In this document: one piece after another, positions 49,232 to 59,705 of the stretch
Numbering within the stretch: the stretch's first letter is position 1
Layout: each line of letters starts with the position of its first letter
Source: Candidatus Cloacimonadales bacterium
GTDB taxonomy: Bacteria; Cloacimonadota; Cloacimonadia; Cloacimonadales; DAONDQ01
NCBI GenBank assembly: GCA_963662275.1
Contig: OY759316.1
Span: forward strand, 3,904,001 to 3,968,000
Length of the DNA stretch: 64,000 nucleotides
Direction of reading: 5' to 3'
Notes under the pieces: generated by a model
Database searches by the model: none
Seen by the model: only the letters and a program-made list of their open reading frames with translations
What the model was told of the DNA's origin: nothing
Program-made: the position numbers and the translations under genes

Positions 49232-50437
49232 TTATTCAGCCAACCGACGTTTAATATCCAGCCAGCTAACCGGCACAGTTTTGACTTCGAAATCAGAACC
49301 AGCTTTTGTAGCTTTGCTTTTCAACCGGGCTACAAGATTAGCAGTTCTTTCATCATAATACTTCACTGCCACCACACGATAATACATATGTGTAGCATGT
49401 CTGACAACGTTATGATGCGTACAACCGCTTGCAGTTTCCACTTCTTCCAGGAAATAATAAGCTGCTTCATTCTCCGCATCCGGAGATTGATTATAGAGAA
49501 TGAGGTAAGCAGATGGAACTATTGGAGTACCAAGAACAGTTAGGGTTACCTCATCCCAGGTAATCACGGCATCCCGATTATTGACTATCTCTACATTGAC
49601 GTTTTGTGGTGCTGCCGGTGGCACATAACCGATACTGAATGGGTTCTGAGATATATCGCTGCCTGAATTGCCAAAGGCATCCTTTACGGTCAACCTGACT
49701 AATGTTTGTTCAGAAGTAATGCTGGGCATCAGCCAACTATAAGAGCCGTTATTGGCAAGCTCCGGCTGGATAGAAATCCAAGTGCCGGTGCTGACCTTTT
49801 TGTATTCCAGCTTGATGGGCAAAGCTGCGATGTGGCTGTCTGATGCACACCAAAGGACATCATGAGTTTCTCCAATATACCAGCTTTCACCGCCATTGGG
49901 AGACTGCAAGTCAACCGTGGGATTTACAGTATCGACCGTAGTAAGTGGTGTAAGCATAACGGATGCTCCTGCCAGCGTGAATGCTGCATCGCTTTCGTCA
50001 TTGCTAATGTTGCCAAAGCTATCGATGGCAATAATCCTGATTTTAGCCTGTAGCACAGAGGTGGTCGGCACCGTCCAGAGATAGCTGCCGCTGTTGGTCT
50101 GATCAGCAGCCAGATTGGTATAGTTGGTACCATTATCGGCACTAAACGCAATCGTTATAGGATTTGCTATAAAATGATTATCTGTTGCACTCCATAGGAT
50201 AGCTTTTTGCTGATTGGAATAGAGCGTTTCTCCGCCATTGGGAGAAATGACCGAGAGAAGAGGGTTGACCGTATCTACTGAAACCAGTGACGTTATTGCT
50301 TCTCCCATAGAAGCATAACGGTTCGGTGGCATAAAACCGCTGCTAGTTCCTGAGTCAATTGTAATCGACACGGCTGTCAGGCTGAAACTGCATCCTAATA
50401 TTAGGAAAATGAAAAAGAGACTCCTTATCCAGCGCAT
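49232..50437 (-). CDS. Secreted protein with two SPNGGE Ig-like repeats and an FN3-like C-terminus
   Basis: Signal peptide; duplicated VDTVNP...SPNGGE...W.A.D.H...N.GSY.W...D.FGN modules. Confidence 0.75.
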   Translation of the reverse strand: MRWIRSLFFIFLILGCSFSLTAVSITIDSGTSSGFMPPNRYASMGEAITSLVSVDTVNPLLSVISPNGGETLYSNQQKAILWSATDNHFIANPITIAFSADNGTNYTNLAADQTNSGSYLWTVPTTSVLQAKIRIIAIDSFGNISNDESDAAFTLAGASVMLTPLTTVDTVNPTVDLQSPNGGESWYIGETHDVLWCASDSHIAALPIKLEYKKVSTGTWISIQPELANNGSYSWLMPSITSEQTLVRLTVKDAFGNSGSDISQNPFSIGYVPPAAPQNVNVEIVNNRDAVITWDEVTLTVLGTPIVPSAYLILYNQSPDAENEAAYYFLEEVETASGCTHHNVVRHATHMYYRVVAVKYYDERTANLVARLKSKATKAGSDFEVKTVPVSWLDIKRRLAE

Positions 50438-50611
50438 GGATACCTCCTTGTTGGTTAGATTTGATTTCTATCATTCAGAAAACATTCAGATGTATATTCA
50501 CTCTTGTTGCCAGTTAAAGGAAATAACAATTTATCTGTCAATATCTTAAACTGCGACAAGAAAATACATAAAAGTCGGGTACTTACGATGGATTCTAGAA
50601 TGTGTCGGACT

Positions 50612-50739
50612 GATGGGACTGGACTTATTGCGATCGCTTGTCACCGGATTAAAATCCAGTGTTTATATGTTTCTTCCCTACGGGAATTTGTCTTGTTTGA
50701 GATATATCACCGGATTAAAATCCAGTGTTAATATCCATC
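50612..50739. repeat. REP-like 66-bp-period repeats, left of IS
   Basis: TCACCGGATTAAAATCCAGTGTT at 50641 and 50707. Confidence 0.8.
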
Positions 50740-52632
50740 GGAGATGTCCCGAAACTAGCATGATTTTATTTTCTTCTGTTGTAAAATATGTGATTGTTTT
50801 TACAGGCAAACTAAATTACTCAATAGTTTCCGAAAAGCGATGCAAAGACAAGGAAAAACGGAGTAATATTTACCTAATTCATGTTTGAATTCTGGTAGGA
50901 AGAGTCTTCATCAGGCTTTTCCTTCAGTATTTTGTAAGTGCAGAAACATTTTCCCTATATTATGTCCTAAAAAGAGGAGGGATAACTGTTCCTTGCATTT
51001 TCTCAATGAACGGACAGTAAATCTCTCAAACTTCCTGTTCCACTTCATGAAAGCAAATACAGCCTCCGGTTCGATGCCTCTTTGCTTTCTCAGCTTGTCG
51101 CCTTTTTCAGAAAGCAGATTATTGACGGTCTGACGTTTTAGTGGAGCTATATGAGGATCGTAGGTCAGTGATTTATGTGTTTTATCCTTGTAGGGAATAC
51201 ACTTTTTATTGTGAGGACATTCTCTGCAGTCATTACATATATAGGTTTTCACGATTCGTTTCGGACCGTTCTTCTCTGTCTCTTCTTCCTTGATTTTGAC
51301 CAGTCTCCGATTAAATTGACAGACCCACTCATCATGCTCCTCATCATAGCTGAAGCCTGTCAGAAGAGAGTCCCGATAATCTCTCTTATAATCCTGGGTC
51401 TTGAGATAGCTTGTTATCTCTTTTTCAGCAGCATAATTCAAATTCAGCGCAGTGCCATAGGCAGCATCTCCAACAACGTCGGTAGGATATTGTCCCAATT
51501 CATCATGCATTTGCTCCATGAGATTGGGAAATTCAACGGTTTCTTTAGGGATATTGAATAAGTGAATGCCTGTGACAAATTGCTCTGAAGTTCCGATACT
51601 GGCAACATAACCCGGTGCCAGCTGTCCATTTTTCAATCGCATAAATGTGGCATCATTATCAGTCTTGGATGTGCTGCTGCGTCCTTCTCCAATTATCTCA
51701 AGCTGTTGCTCATATTTCTCCAGCTTAGTTATATCATTGCTCTTTGATTTGGAGATTTCGCGCAAAAGAGATTTGATTTTCTTGATAGCCCGAGTATCTG
51801 ACGGATGATTTTTCTGTAGTCGGGACATTGCTTCTTTCAGCTTGTTTTCTGCTGAGACCAGTCTATCTCTGATCTGTTCAGATGCGACTGTAGCAGTTTT
51901 CTCTGATTCAACCGCATGCAATTGCTCACCAAGCTCAAGAAGATCAGCGGTTCCATATTGCTGTTGCTCTTCCTGATTATATTCCTCGATCTTTTTAAAC
52001 AATCCCTCAACTCGTGTCTTGACCAGTTCCTGATAACGAAGCGCATTGCTTTTCCAGATGTAGGAATTCTTGCCGGCATTTGCGTGAATCGTCGTCCCGT
52101 CAACAAAACAGGTGTCGAGATCAAGATATCCTAATGATGATGCTTTCAGTACTACCTGATAAAATACATCAATAAGAATATCAGAACACTTAGTCCAGGC
52201 AAAGGTGTTGATCGTTCTGAAATCAGGTTCCTGTTCTCCTGCCAGCCAGATAAAATTGATGTTCTCCCGAACAGCCTTAGCTATCTTCCGACAGGTATAA
52301 ATACCATTGATATAGGCGTATACAATGATCTTCAACATCATCTTGGGATGATAAGCAGGTGTACCTTCATCAGAGTATCTTGTATATAGCTCAGATAAGT
52401 CCAGTTGCTCAACGACATCGTTAACATAACGAACCATGTGCTGGGGAGGTATTCTCTCTTCAATATTAAGTCCATAGAGTGTCCCCTGATTCGGATTGTG
52501 CTCTCTGAAATTCATAATTCTCTCTATGCTTAGTTTTTAAAGGCAACAATACACCCTATAACAATATGTCAAGTAATATGATTAATATTTAATAGTTGCT
52601 ATTTTTCTATCATTTAGTTTCGGGACATCTCC
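50740..52632 (-). mobile_element. IS1182-family insertion sequence
   Basis: Perfect 18-bp TIR GGAGATGTCCCGAAACTA (50740-50757 / 52615-52632); at most a 2-bp TC duplication. Confidence 0.88.
50911..52515 (-). CDS. IS1182-family transposase
   Basis: YHPKMMLK, PDFRTI, FVDGT, SKTDNDATFMR, GDAAYG, C..CP...C, EAVF. Confidence 0.92.
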   Translation of the reverse strand: MNFREHNPNQGTLYGLNIEERIPPQHMVRYVNDVVEQLDLSELYTRYSDEGTPAYHPKMMLKIIVYAYINGIYTCRKIAKAVRENINFIWLAGEQEPDFRTINTFAWTKCSDILIDVFYQVVLKASSLGYLDLDTCFVDGTTIHANAGKNSYIWKSNALRYQELVKTRVEGLFKKIEEYNQEEQQQYGTADLLELGEQLHAVESEKTATVASEQIRDRLVSAENKLKEAMSRLQKNHPSDTRAIKKIKSLLREISKSKSNDITKLEKYEQQLEIIGEGRSSTSKTDNDATFMRLKNGQLAPGYVASIGTSEQFVTGIHLFNIPKETVEFPNLMEQMHDELGQYPTDVVGDAAYGTALNLNYAAEKEITSYLKTQDYKRDYRDSLLTGFSYDEEHDEWVCQFNRRLVKIKEEETEKNGPKRIVKTYICNDCRECPHNKKCIPYKDKTHKSLTYDPHIAPLKRQTVNNLLSEKGDKLRKQRGIEPEAVFAFMKWNRKFERFTVRSLRKCKEQLSLLFLGHNIGKMFLHLQNTEGKA

Positions 52633-52680
52633 TCAGAGAAGAAGGACAGTCAGACAGTCAGGTACTGACGACAGATAGTA

Positions 52681-52907
52681 ACGCTCGGATTTTAATCCGG
52701 CGATACGTGACACCAGTGGCAACCAAGATAAGTCCAATATGGACGGCAGATGATATGAGATCTTCCCGATGGGACTGGACTTGTTGCTATCGATTGTCAC
52801 CGGATTAAAATCCAGTGTTAATATCTATCATCCCGATGGGATTCAGTCTTTGTTGGCTCATGTCACCGGATTGAAATCCAGTGTTAATATCTTTCTTCCC
52901 TCGGAGA
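52681..52907. repeat. REP-like 66-bp-period repeats, right of IS, plus a degenerate inverted copy
   Basis: TCACCGGATT(A/G)AAATCCAGTGTT at 52797 and 52863; CGGATTTTAATCCGGCGA near 52686. Confidence 0.8.
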
Positions 52908-52980
52908 ATTATGAAGTTCGAACTCCAAAAATAGCTACTTTCAAAAAAAAACTTGCCAAGAATTGGTTGCTATTTATCTT

Positions 52981-53000
52981 GTAAGTGAGTATTTACTTAC
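52981..53000. promoter_or_regulatory. Putative TetR operator
   Basis: Imperfect palindrome GTAAGTGAGTATTTACTTAC immediately before the AGGAG RBS. Confidence 0.6.
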
Positions 53001-53010
53001 AGGAGATAAG

Positions 53011-53598
53011 ATGAGTTTAACCGTGAGACAGAAAGAGATTGTACTGAACATCATTCGCATCATATCCACACAGGGTATCCAGGAATTGACGATCAAGAAT
53101 ATAGCGGCTGCGATCAATGTCACAGAAGCTGCCATTTATCGTCATTTCAAAAGTAAAAACGACATGCTAATGGAAGTCCTGAACTATTTTGAAGAATTAG
53201 CATCGGGGATGTCAGAAAAAGCAGAGCAGGAAGATACTACTCCGTTAGGAAAGATAGAGATTTTCCTGCTGCAGAGATATGAACTTTTTCAAAGCAATCC
53301 TGACCTGGCAAAAGTCATGTTTTCCGAAGTACTGTTTGAAAACGATACAGATCTCTCGAATAAAATGCACGAAATCATCCAGACCCATATGCACCAGATG
53401 ATAGAATTCGTACACCAGGCACAGGCAAGCGGACAAATACGTAAAGATATAGATGAAAAGCATTTATTCCGCATGATTGTCGGTTCTATGCGATTGCTGG
53501 TAACTCAGTGGTGCCTGAGTGGTTATTCCTTCCCTTTGGAAGAAGAAGGAAAGCGGCTGTGGAAGTCGGTGCAGAAGCTTATAGCTGGTAGCTTGTAG
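53011..53598 (+). CDS. TetR/AcrR family regulator
   Basis: TIKNIAAAINVTEAAIYRHFKSK HTH; RBS supports ATG 53011. Confidence 0.92.
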   Translation: MSLTVRQKEIVLNIIRIISTQGIQELTIKNIAAAINVTEAAIYRHFKSKNDMLMEVLNYFEELASGMSEKAEQEDTTPLGKIEIFLLQRYELFQSNPDLAKVMFSEVLFENDTDLSNKMHEIIQTHMHQMIEFVHQAQASGQIRKDIDEKHLFRMIVGSMRLLVTQWCLSGYSFPLEEEGKRLWKSVQKLIAGSL

Positions 53599-53668
53599 CT
53601 TGTAGGGGAAGAACGGTTCATTGAGCTGTCGTAACTCCGTCTATAGGTTGGGAATTAGTTGTTAAATT

Positions 53669-53744
53669 GACCCCCCTACCCCCCTTCTCGAGGGGGGATA
53701 AGGAAGGAGATAAATCCCCCCTTGAGAAGGGGGGTAGGGGGGTC
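53669..53744. repeat. C-run/G-run palindrome
   Basis: 31-bp arms (53669-53699 / 53714-53744), 30/31 complementary. Confidence 0.85.
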
Positions 53745-53796
53745 TTATGCGGTCAGTTAAAAAGAAATAAGTAAAATAAATGAAGCAGGAGAAAAC

Positions 53797-54636
53797 ATGA
53801 AGCGTAAGATTATCAACATTGATGCTGACAAGTGTAATGGTTGCGGTCTTTGCATCCCGAACTGCCCGGAAGGGGCAATTCAAATCATCGACCAGAAAGC
53901 ACGGCTTGTCAGTGACCTTGCCTGTGACGGACTGGGAGCCTGCCTGGGACATTGCCCGCAGGGAGCCATCACGATTGAAGAAAGAGAAGCAGAGCCATAC
54001 CAGGAAAAACTGGTCATGGAAACCATAGTCAAACAGGGTGAGAATACTCTTATTGCTCACTTAAAACATCTAAATGATCACAAACAACACGAATATCTGC
54101 AGGAAGCATTAGTTTTTTTAAAGGAGAATAACATGAACGTTCCCGATTTCAAAGAAGAAAAGCAACATACAGAAGAAACACCCTCAGTTTGTGGCTGCGC
54201 CGGTGGAGCTGCCAAGAAATTTGCACCAAAGACAAATGACGGAATTGCAGTACAAAGCGGTAAAATAGAATCAGAGCTTAGACAGTGGCCTGTTCAACTT
54301 CATTTGATAAATCCCAATGCGGATTATTTTGAAAATGCAGACTTGCTCATCTCGGCAGATTGTGTACCTTATTCATACGGAGATTATCATAGAAAGTTCC
54401 TGAAAGGCAAGATCGTCATCACCCTTTGTCCAAAACTGGATAGAGACATAGACAGCTACATTGATAAATTGGCGGAGATTTTTACACGTCATACAATTAA
54501 ATCTCTCAGTATCGTAAGAATGGAAGTTCCCTGTTGTGGAGGAACTGAACTGATCGTGCAGAAAGCTTTAGAAAAAGCAGGAAGACTACACTTCGTTAAA
54601 CTAACAATCGTTTCATTGCAGGGAGAGATACTGTGA
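53797..54636 (+). CDS. 4Fe-4S ferredoxin-domain protein
   Basis: CNGCGLCIPNCP, CDGLGACLGHCP, QWPVQL, CPKLD, MEVPCC. Confidence 0.88.
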   Translation: MKRKIINIDADKCNGCGLCIPNCPEGAIQIIDQKARLVSDLACDGLGACLGHCPQGAITIEEREAEPYQEKLVMETIVKQGENTLIAHLKHLNDHKQHEYLQEALVFLKENNMNVPDFKEEKQHTEETPSVCGCAGGAAKKFAPKTNDGIAVQSGKIESELRQWPVQLHLINPNADYFENADLLISADCVPYSYGDYHRKFLKGKIVITLCPKLDRDIDSYIDKLAEIFTRHTIKSLSIVRMEVPCCGGTELIVQKALEKAGRLHFVKLTIVSLQGEIL

Positions 54637-54697
54637 TCACACGCAATTGCATAAATGAAATTACCAAAACCATAAAAGAAAAACAAGGAGTCTAATT

Positions 54698-56365
54698 ATG
54701 AGTATGTTCTGTTATCAATGCCAGGAAACTGTGCGTAACGAAGGCTGCACCAAGCGTGGTGTATGCGGAAAGACAGAAGATGTCGCCAATATCCAAGACC
54801 TGATGATTTGGCTATTAAAAGGAACCGGTTGGGTCGTAGAACAGGCAAGGGAATTTGGTAATCCCGATCTGAAGTATGTCGAATATGTCAAGGAATGCCT
54901 CTTTGCCACAATTACCAATGCTAACTTCGATTACAGTCGCTTTGAGAAGTTTATTCCCAAAGTAATACAATATCGCGATGAAATCAAAGCCAAGTTCCTC
55001 CAGGATTATCAGAATAAATATGGTAAAGAATATGCCGGCATCATGCCTGAAGCAGCAACCTGGTCTTCCAATGATGTCACTATGATGAATGCTAAAGCAC
55101 TTGAGGTTGGCATTCTTTCTGTTAAGGAAGATGATATTCGTTCCTTACAACACTTGATGCTTTTTGGTTTAAAAGGTCTTTGTGCCTATTCCCACCATGC
55201 TTCAGTTCTTGGGTACCAGGATGATGAAGTGAATCAGTTCATATTCACTGTACTCGCTGCAACACAGGATAATGCCCTGACTGTAAACGATTGGGTTGGA
55301 TTAGTATTAAAGACCGGTCACATGACTGCCCAGACTATGGCTTTATTGGATAAGGCAAATACTGAAACGTACGGAAATCCAGAACCAACACATGTGAATA
55401 TTGGAGTAGGAAAGAACCCGGGAATCCTCATTAGCGGACATGACCTGAAAGATTTGGATGAATTGCTTCAGCAGACGGAAGGCAAAGGCATCGATATTTA
55501 TACCCATAGCGAGATGCTTCCTGCCAATTATTATCCCTATTTCAAGAAATACAAACACCTCGTCGGCAATTATGGCGGTTCCTGGTGGCATCAGCAATCT
55601 GATTTTGAAACATTCAATGGTCCGATACTTCTGACGACCAATTGTCTTGTTCAGCCAAAAGACAGTTATAAAGATCGTTTGTTCATGACCAGTGTTGTCG
55701 GTTTTGCAGGCATGAAATATGTTGAGGACAGAAAGCCTGGAATGCAGAAGGATTTCTCTCCAATCATTGAAATTGCAATGAAATCAGCCCCGCCGAAAGA
55801 ACTGGAAACAGGTGAGATCATCGGTGGATTTGGTCATGCAACAGTTATGGGTGTTGCAGATAAGATCATTGAAGCTGTGAAATCAGGAAAGATAAAACGC
55901 TTTGTCGTGATGGCAGGCTGTGATGGCAGACATAAAGAACGCGACTATTTTACTCAAGTTGCTGAAGAGCTTCCCAAAGATACGATCATATTAACTGCAG
56001 GTTGCGCTAAATATCGTTACATTAAACTTCCACTTGGTGATATTGATGGCATTCCGCGTGTTCTTGATGCGGGTCAATGTAATGATTCCTATTCTTTAGC
56101 TGTCATCGCTTTGAAGTTGAAAGATGCATTTGGGTTAGAAGATGTAAACGATTTGCCACTTTCATTCGATATTGCCTGGTATGAACAAAAGGCAGTTGCC
56201 GTTTTGCTTGCTTTACTAGCACTCGGTTTCAAGAATCTTCGATTAGGACCAACACTTCCGGCATTCCTGTCTCCTAATGTGGCTAAAGTGCTTGTGGAAA
56301 ACTTCAATATCAAAGGGATCACTACTGCTGGAGAAGATATCAAAGCTATGATGCTGGGACAATAA
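54698..56365 (+). CDS. hcp: Hybrid cluster protein (hydroxylamine reductase)
   Basis: MFCYQCQE...GC...GVCGK, SGHDL, THSEMLP, GCDG, GQCND, WYEQKA. Confidence 0.96.
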   Translation: MSMFCYQCQETVRNEGCTKRGVCGKTEDVANIQDLMIWLLKGTGWVVEQAREFGNPDLKYVEYVKECLFATITNANFDYSRFEKFIPKVIQYRDEIKAKFLQDYQNKYGKEYAGIMPEAATWSSNDVTMMNAKALEVGILSVKEDDIRSLQHLMLFGLKGLCAYSHHASVLGYQDDEVNQFIFTVLAATQDNALTVNDWVGLVLKTGHMTAQTMALLDKANTETYGNPEPTHVNIGVGKNPGILISGHDLKDLDELLQQTEGKGIDIYTHSEMLPANYYPYFKKYKHLVGNYGGSWWHQQSDFETFNGPILLTTNCLVQPKDSYKDRLFMTSVVGFAGMKYVEDRKPGMQKDFSPIIEIAMKSAPPKELETGEIIGGFGHATVMGVADKIIEAVKSGKIKRFVVMAGCDGRHKERDYFTQVAEELPKDTIILTAGCAKYRYIKLPLGDIDGIPRVLDAGQCNDSYSLAVIALKLKDAFGLEDVNDLPLSFDIAWYEQKAVAVLLALLALGFKNLRLGPTLPAFLSPNVAKVLVENFNIKGITTAGEDIKAMMLGQ

Positions 56366-56624
56366 CTATATATTAGAAAAAATTAAATCCGGGTTATATG
56401 TAAAAATAGCCCGGATATTTGAATACTAAATTCATCTTCAAATAATCATCTGGTTGTCTTAGGAATAAGAATTGCGTATTAATTACATTGAATATTTCTC
56501 ATTTTGAGAATTCTGGATTTCATCTTCAAAATCATTAAAAACTGATGATTGCAAAAAATGTTTTGACAGAAAACGATAGAATTGTGAAATCACAGTTTAA
56601 TAAGAAATTAATCAAGGAGGATTC

Positions 56625-59432
56625 ATGAAGAAGATACTGTTAATAGTTTTCACCTTAATGTTCATTGCCACTTTCTTAATGGCAGCTACTGCAAAGGTGT
56701 CTCACGCGAGGTCTGTGACTACACACAATCAAGGCACAAGACTCGATTTAATTACATTTCAAGAAACATTTGAAAATGGGGATGCTGGCTGGACATATGT
56801 TGATGCCTCCGCTCCGCCAACCTATCAATGGCGTAATTATGAATCTGCTACAGATGGCTGGGTCTGGTGGATGGGAGATCCGACTTTGTCTTCAGGTACT
56901 AATATTGGTGGATATACAGACCGCCAGTATCTTGTATTTGATACACCTGCTGTAACTGTCCCAACGGCAAATCCGCTTTTGACATTTCGCTATAAGTACA
57001 AAATAGAAACTCCCGGTACATCTACAGATGCTCCAGAGTATAATGGGTGGGATAGTTTTAATATTCGAATTTCAATAGACAATGGTTTAAACTGGATAGT
57101 GCTCACAGGTACACCTGCCTATTCTTTCACTTCATCTTTTGCTTTTGGTGACCAACATGGTGAAGGTGTTAATATTCCTGCTTGGGGTGGAAACTCTAAT
57201 GGTTGGCACGATGCATCCTTTGACCTGAGCGTATATGCTGAACAAAGTGTCATGATCCGTTTTGCCTTTGCTTCTGATCCAGAAGAATGTACTGAAGATG
57301 ATGCTACCTTATTTGGTGTGATGGTTGATGATATTTCTCTCGGAACTTTAACAAACGATGGTTCAACAAACACTGATTTCGTTTCACACAGCCTTGTCCC
57401 ACTCGGTGGGCAATTGTGGCATGTCGATACTGTTGGTGATGCTCCATCTCCTTCACACGCAATGGTTTGCGTGAATGAAACAGGTGGTTACGATCCCAAT
57501 ATGAATGATTTTGTATATTCACCTTCGATTACCCTTCCGGCAAGCGGACAGATTAAAGTTGATTTTCAATTACAAGGTAGTTTTGCCGATCCTGATAATA
57601 ACGACTTTTTTGAATGGGACATTTCCCCTGACGATGGTATTACCTGGTATGGAATGCGTAATCCCTATAATTTACCGGATATTCAACCGGTCATATATGT
57701 TAGTGCTCCAGATACATGGGCTTCTTTTGTTGATTCTTATGCAGATATTGATGGAATGATTTCTGATTATGCTGGACAAACTGTCAAATTCAGATGGTCA
57801 TTTACATCCAATGCAACCATGGAAGGATCAGGGATAATGATTGATGATTTAACGATTTATAATGTGATCTTCCTTGCTCCACCAACAAATCTAGTTAGCA
57901 CAGTAAATAATAACCAGGTTGATTTAACTTGGACGGCACCCGTTACTGGAATGACGACTGGTATCATTACCTCAGGGTCTGAGGATTGGAATGGTCATAT
58001 TAATGATGTAGATGCATATGCAATGAAAATTACCAATCCAAATGATACACCTACTCAGTTGCATGGTGTTAATTTTATCTTATACCGTGTAAACATGTTG
58101 CCTATCGTTGGTACACCCGCTATTCATGTCTGGGCTGATGATGCTGAAGGAGTTCCTGGTACTGAATTGTGTTCTGTACCTGGCATCACCGGAATCGAAA
58201 GCTATGCCTGGAAATCAGTTGATATCACAAATTCCAATATTATGATTCCTGCCAATGGATCGATCTTTATTGGGGTCAGTCAAATTGAGAATGGTGATCC
58301 TGACTCACAGGGCTTACTATGTGATTCTACAAGCGCTGTATCCAATTCGTATGTCTCTTCTGGAGGCGCATGGGAAAATTTGAGTACAGCATATATGGGT
58401 GCTCTTACGAATTGCGGTCTGTCAGGAACGATATGGGTACCGGATCCAGAGGCTCCTGTATTAACTGGACTTAAAGTATATCGTACTTCTGATCTGACAT
58501 TGGAATTCACAGAAATTGCCAATCTCACAGATCCTACTACTGTTACTTATACAGATACTACTCCTATATCAGGTCAGTCCAGTTTCTATAAGGTTACTGG
58601 TGTGTATACAAATTATGAATCAGATCCAACCAATATTGTCTCTGCATTTGTGCTTGGTGCGGACTATTCAGAATTTGCATTGGATGATAATAATGTGAAT
58701 CAGGGGTTCACCGTTGGTGCAACTCATTCCATGGCAGTAAAATTCAATACTAATCCTGGTCCAGGTCATGGCAGCCAGATTAGATTCGTAAAGATCTATA
58801 TCAATCAGGTTGGGACATCTAATCTGATTGTGAGATTGTATAATACTGATGGACCAAATGGTACGCCAGGAACTCAATTAGTTACATTCACAAATTTGGT
58901 GACGGGATTAATTCAGGGCTGGAATACGTTTACTTTCCCTACAGGTAACCTGGTCACTGATACAGATGGTATTTTCTATATTGGAATACTTGAATCTACC
59001 GGTGGTTCACAAATAGGTTTGGATTCAGATTCTCACGATAGTAGTTGGAAAAAAATGGCAGCAGCAAATCCATGGATTCCTGTTACTGAAGGAAACATCA
59101 TGATTCGTGCCATTGTGCGCAATGTTGTTGGTAACGATGATTTGGTTGAAGTTTCTCCATCTATGGATCTCAACAATTATCCGAACCCATTCAATCCGAC
59201 AACTACAGTTAGCTTCAATGTTCCCAAAGCAGGAACTGGAAGCGTAAAAATTTATAATGTCAGAGGTCAGTTAGTTCGAACCCTTATCTCAGGAAAATTG
59301 ACAGCAGGTCTAAATAAAATCACTTGGGAAGGAACGAACGATAATGATCAAAGTGTCAGCAGCGGAATTTACTTTATGAAATTCGAAACTGCAGGCAAGA
59401 CTCTTACTCAAAAAATGATACTGATGAAATAA
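56625..59432 (+). CDS. Large secreted beta-rich protein with C-terminal FlgD-Ig sorting-type domain
   Basis: Signal peptide; repeated jelly-roll-like modules (RFAFASD, IDDL); NYPNPFNP...SSGIYF...KMILMK. Confidence 0.8.
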   Translation: MKKILLIVFTLMFIATFLMAATAKVSHARSVTTHNQGTRLDLITFQETFENGDAGWTYVDASAPPTYQWRNYESATDGWVWWMGDPTLSSGTNIGGYTDRQYLVFDTPAVTVPTANPLLTFRYKYKIETPGTSTDAPEYNGWDSFNIRISIDNGLNWIVLTGTPAYSFTSSFAFGDQHGEGVNIPAWGGNSNGWHDASFDLSVYAEQSVMIRFAFASDPEECTEDDATLFGVMVDDISLGTLTNDGSTNTDFVSHSLVPLGGQLWHVDTVGDAPSPSHAMVCVNETGGYDPNMNDFVYSPSITLPASGQIKVDFQLQGSFADPDNNDFFEWDISPDDGITWYGMRNPYNLPDIQPVIYVSAPDTWASFVDSYADIDGMISDYAGQTVKFRWSFTSNATMEGSGIMIDDLTIYNVIFLAPPTNLVSTVNNNQVDLTWTAPVTGMTTGIITSGSEDWNGHINDVDAYAMKITNPNDTPTQLHGVNFILYRVNMLPIVGTPAIHVWADDAEGVPGTELCSVPGITGIESYAWKSVDITNSNIMIPANGSIFIGVSQIENGDPDSQGLLCDSTSAVSNSYVSSGGAWENLSTAYMGALTNCGLSGTIWVPDPEAPVLTGLKVYRTSDLTLEFTEIANLTDPTTVTYTDTTPISGQSSFYKVTGVYTNYESDPTNIVSAFVLGADYSEFALDDNNVNQGFTVGATHSMAVKFNTNPGPGHGSQIRFVKIYINQVGTSNLIVRLYNTDGPNGTPGTQLVTFTNLVTGLIQGWNTFTFPTGNLVTDTDGIFYIGILESTGGSQIGLDSDSHDSSWKKMAAANPWIPVTEGNIMIRAIVRNVVGNDDLVEVSPSMDLNNYPNPFNPTTTVSFNVPKAGTGSVKIYNVRGQLVRTLISGKLTAGLNKITWEGTNDNDQSVSSGIYFMKFETAGKTLTQKMILMK

Positions 59433-59447
59433 TCAGCATAAATAATG

Positions 59448-59477
59448 AAAAGGCATCCTTCGGGATGCCTTTTTTTT
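59448..59477 (+). terminator. Intrinsic terminator
   Basis: AAAAGGCATCC-TTCG-GGATGCC followed by a long T run. Confidence 0.85.
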
Positions 59478-59479
59478 AT

Positions 59480-59704
59480 ACTTCATAACGGGAAGGTTAC
59501 TAGATCGGAGCTTGGAAATATCCAGGTTGTTCCTTGAAGAATATAAAGGCAATAAAAGTGAATATTCAGTAGTTCTCTTTCAGCTTCGGCAAACCTATTT
59601 CAATAAAAGCAATTTCCTGCTCGCATTTTCCCCTTCACTGTTTATTCTGGCAAAATATACAGCCGATCCAAGTGATAATGTTCTTCAGAAATTGTAATGT
59701 ATTC
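59480..59704 (-). pseudogene. Possible GNAT acetyltransferase remnant
   Basis: Minus strand reads HYHLDRLYILPE then a stop; resembles GNAT motif A. Confidence 0.25.
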
Positions 59705-59705
59705 C

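Noticed and set aside
50504..50888. ORFs with repeated TGLKSSV / HRIKIQC peptides (also 52769-52984)
   Set aside because: Translations of the DNA repeat
50612..52907. CRISPR array (66-bp period)
   Set aside because: Only 2+2 degenerate units, the leading segments of the two blocks are near-identical, an inverted copy is present, and there are no cas genes; fits REP-like repeats
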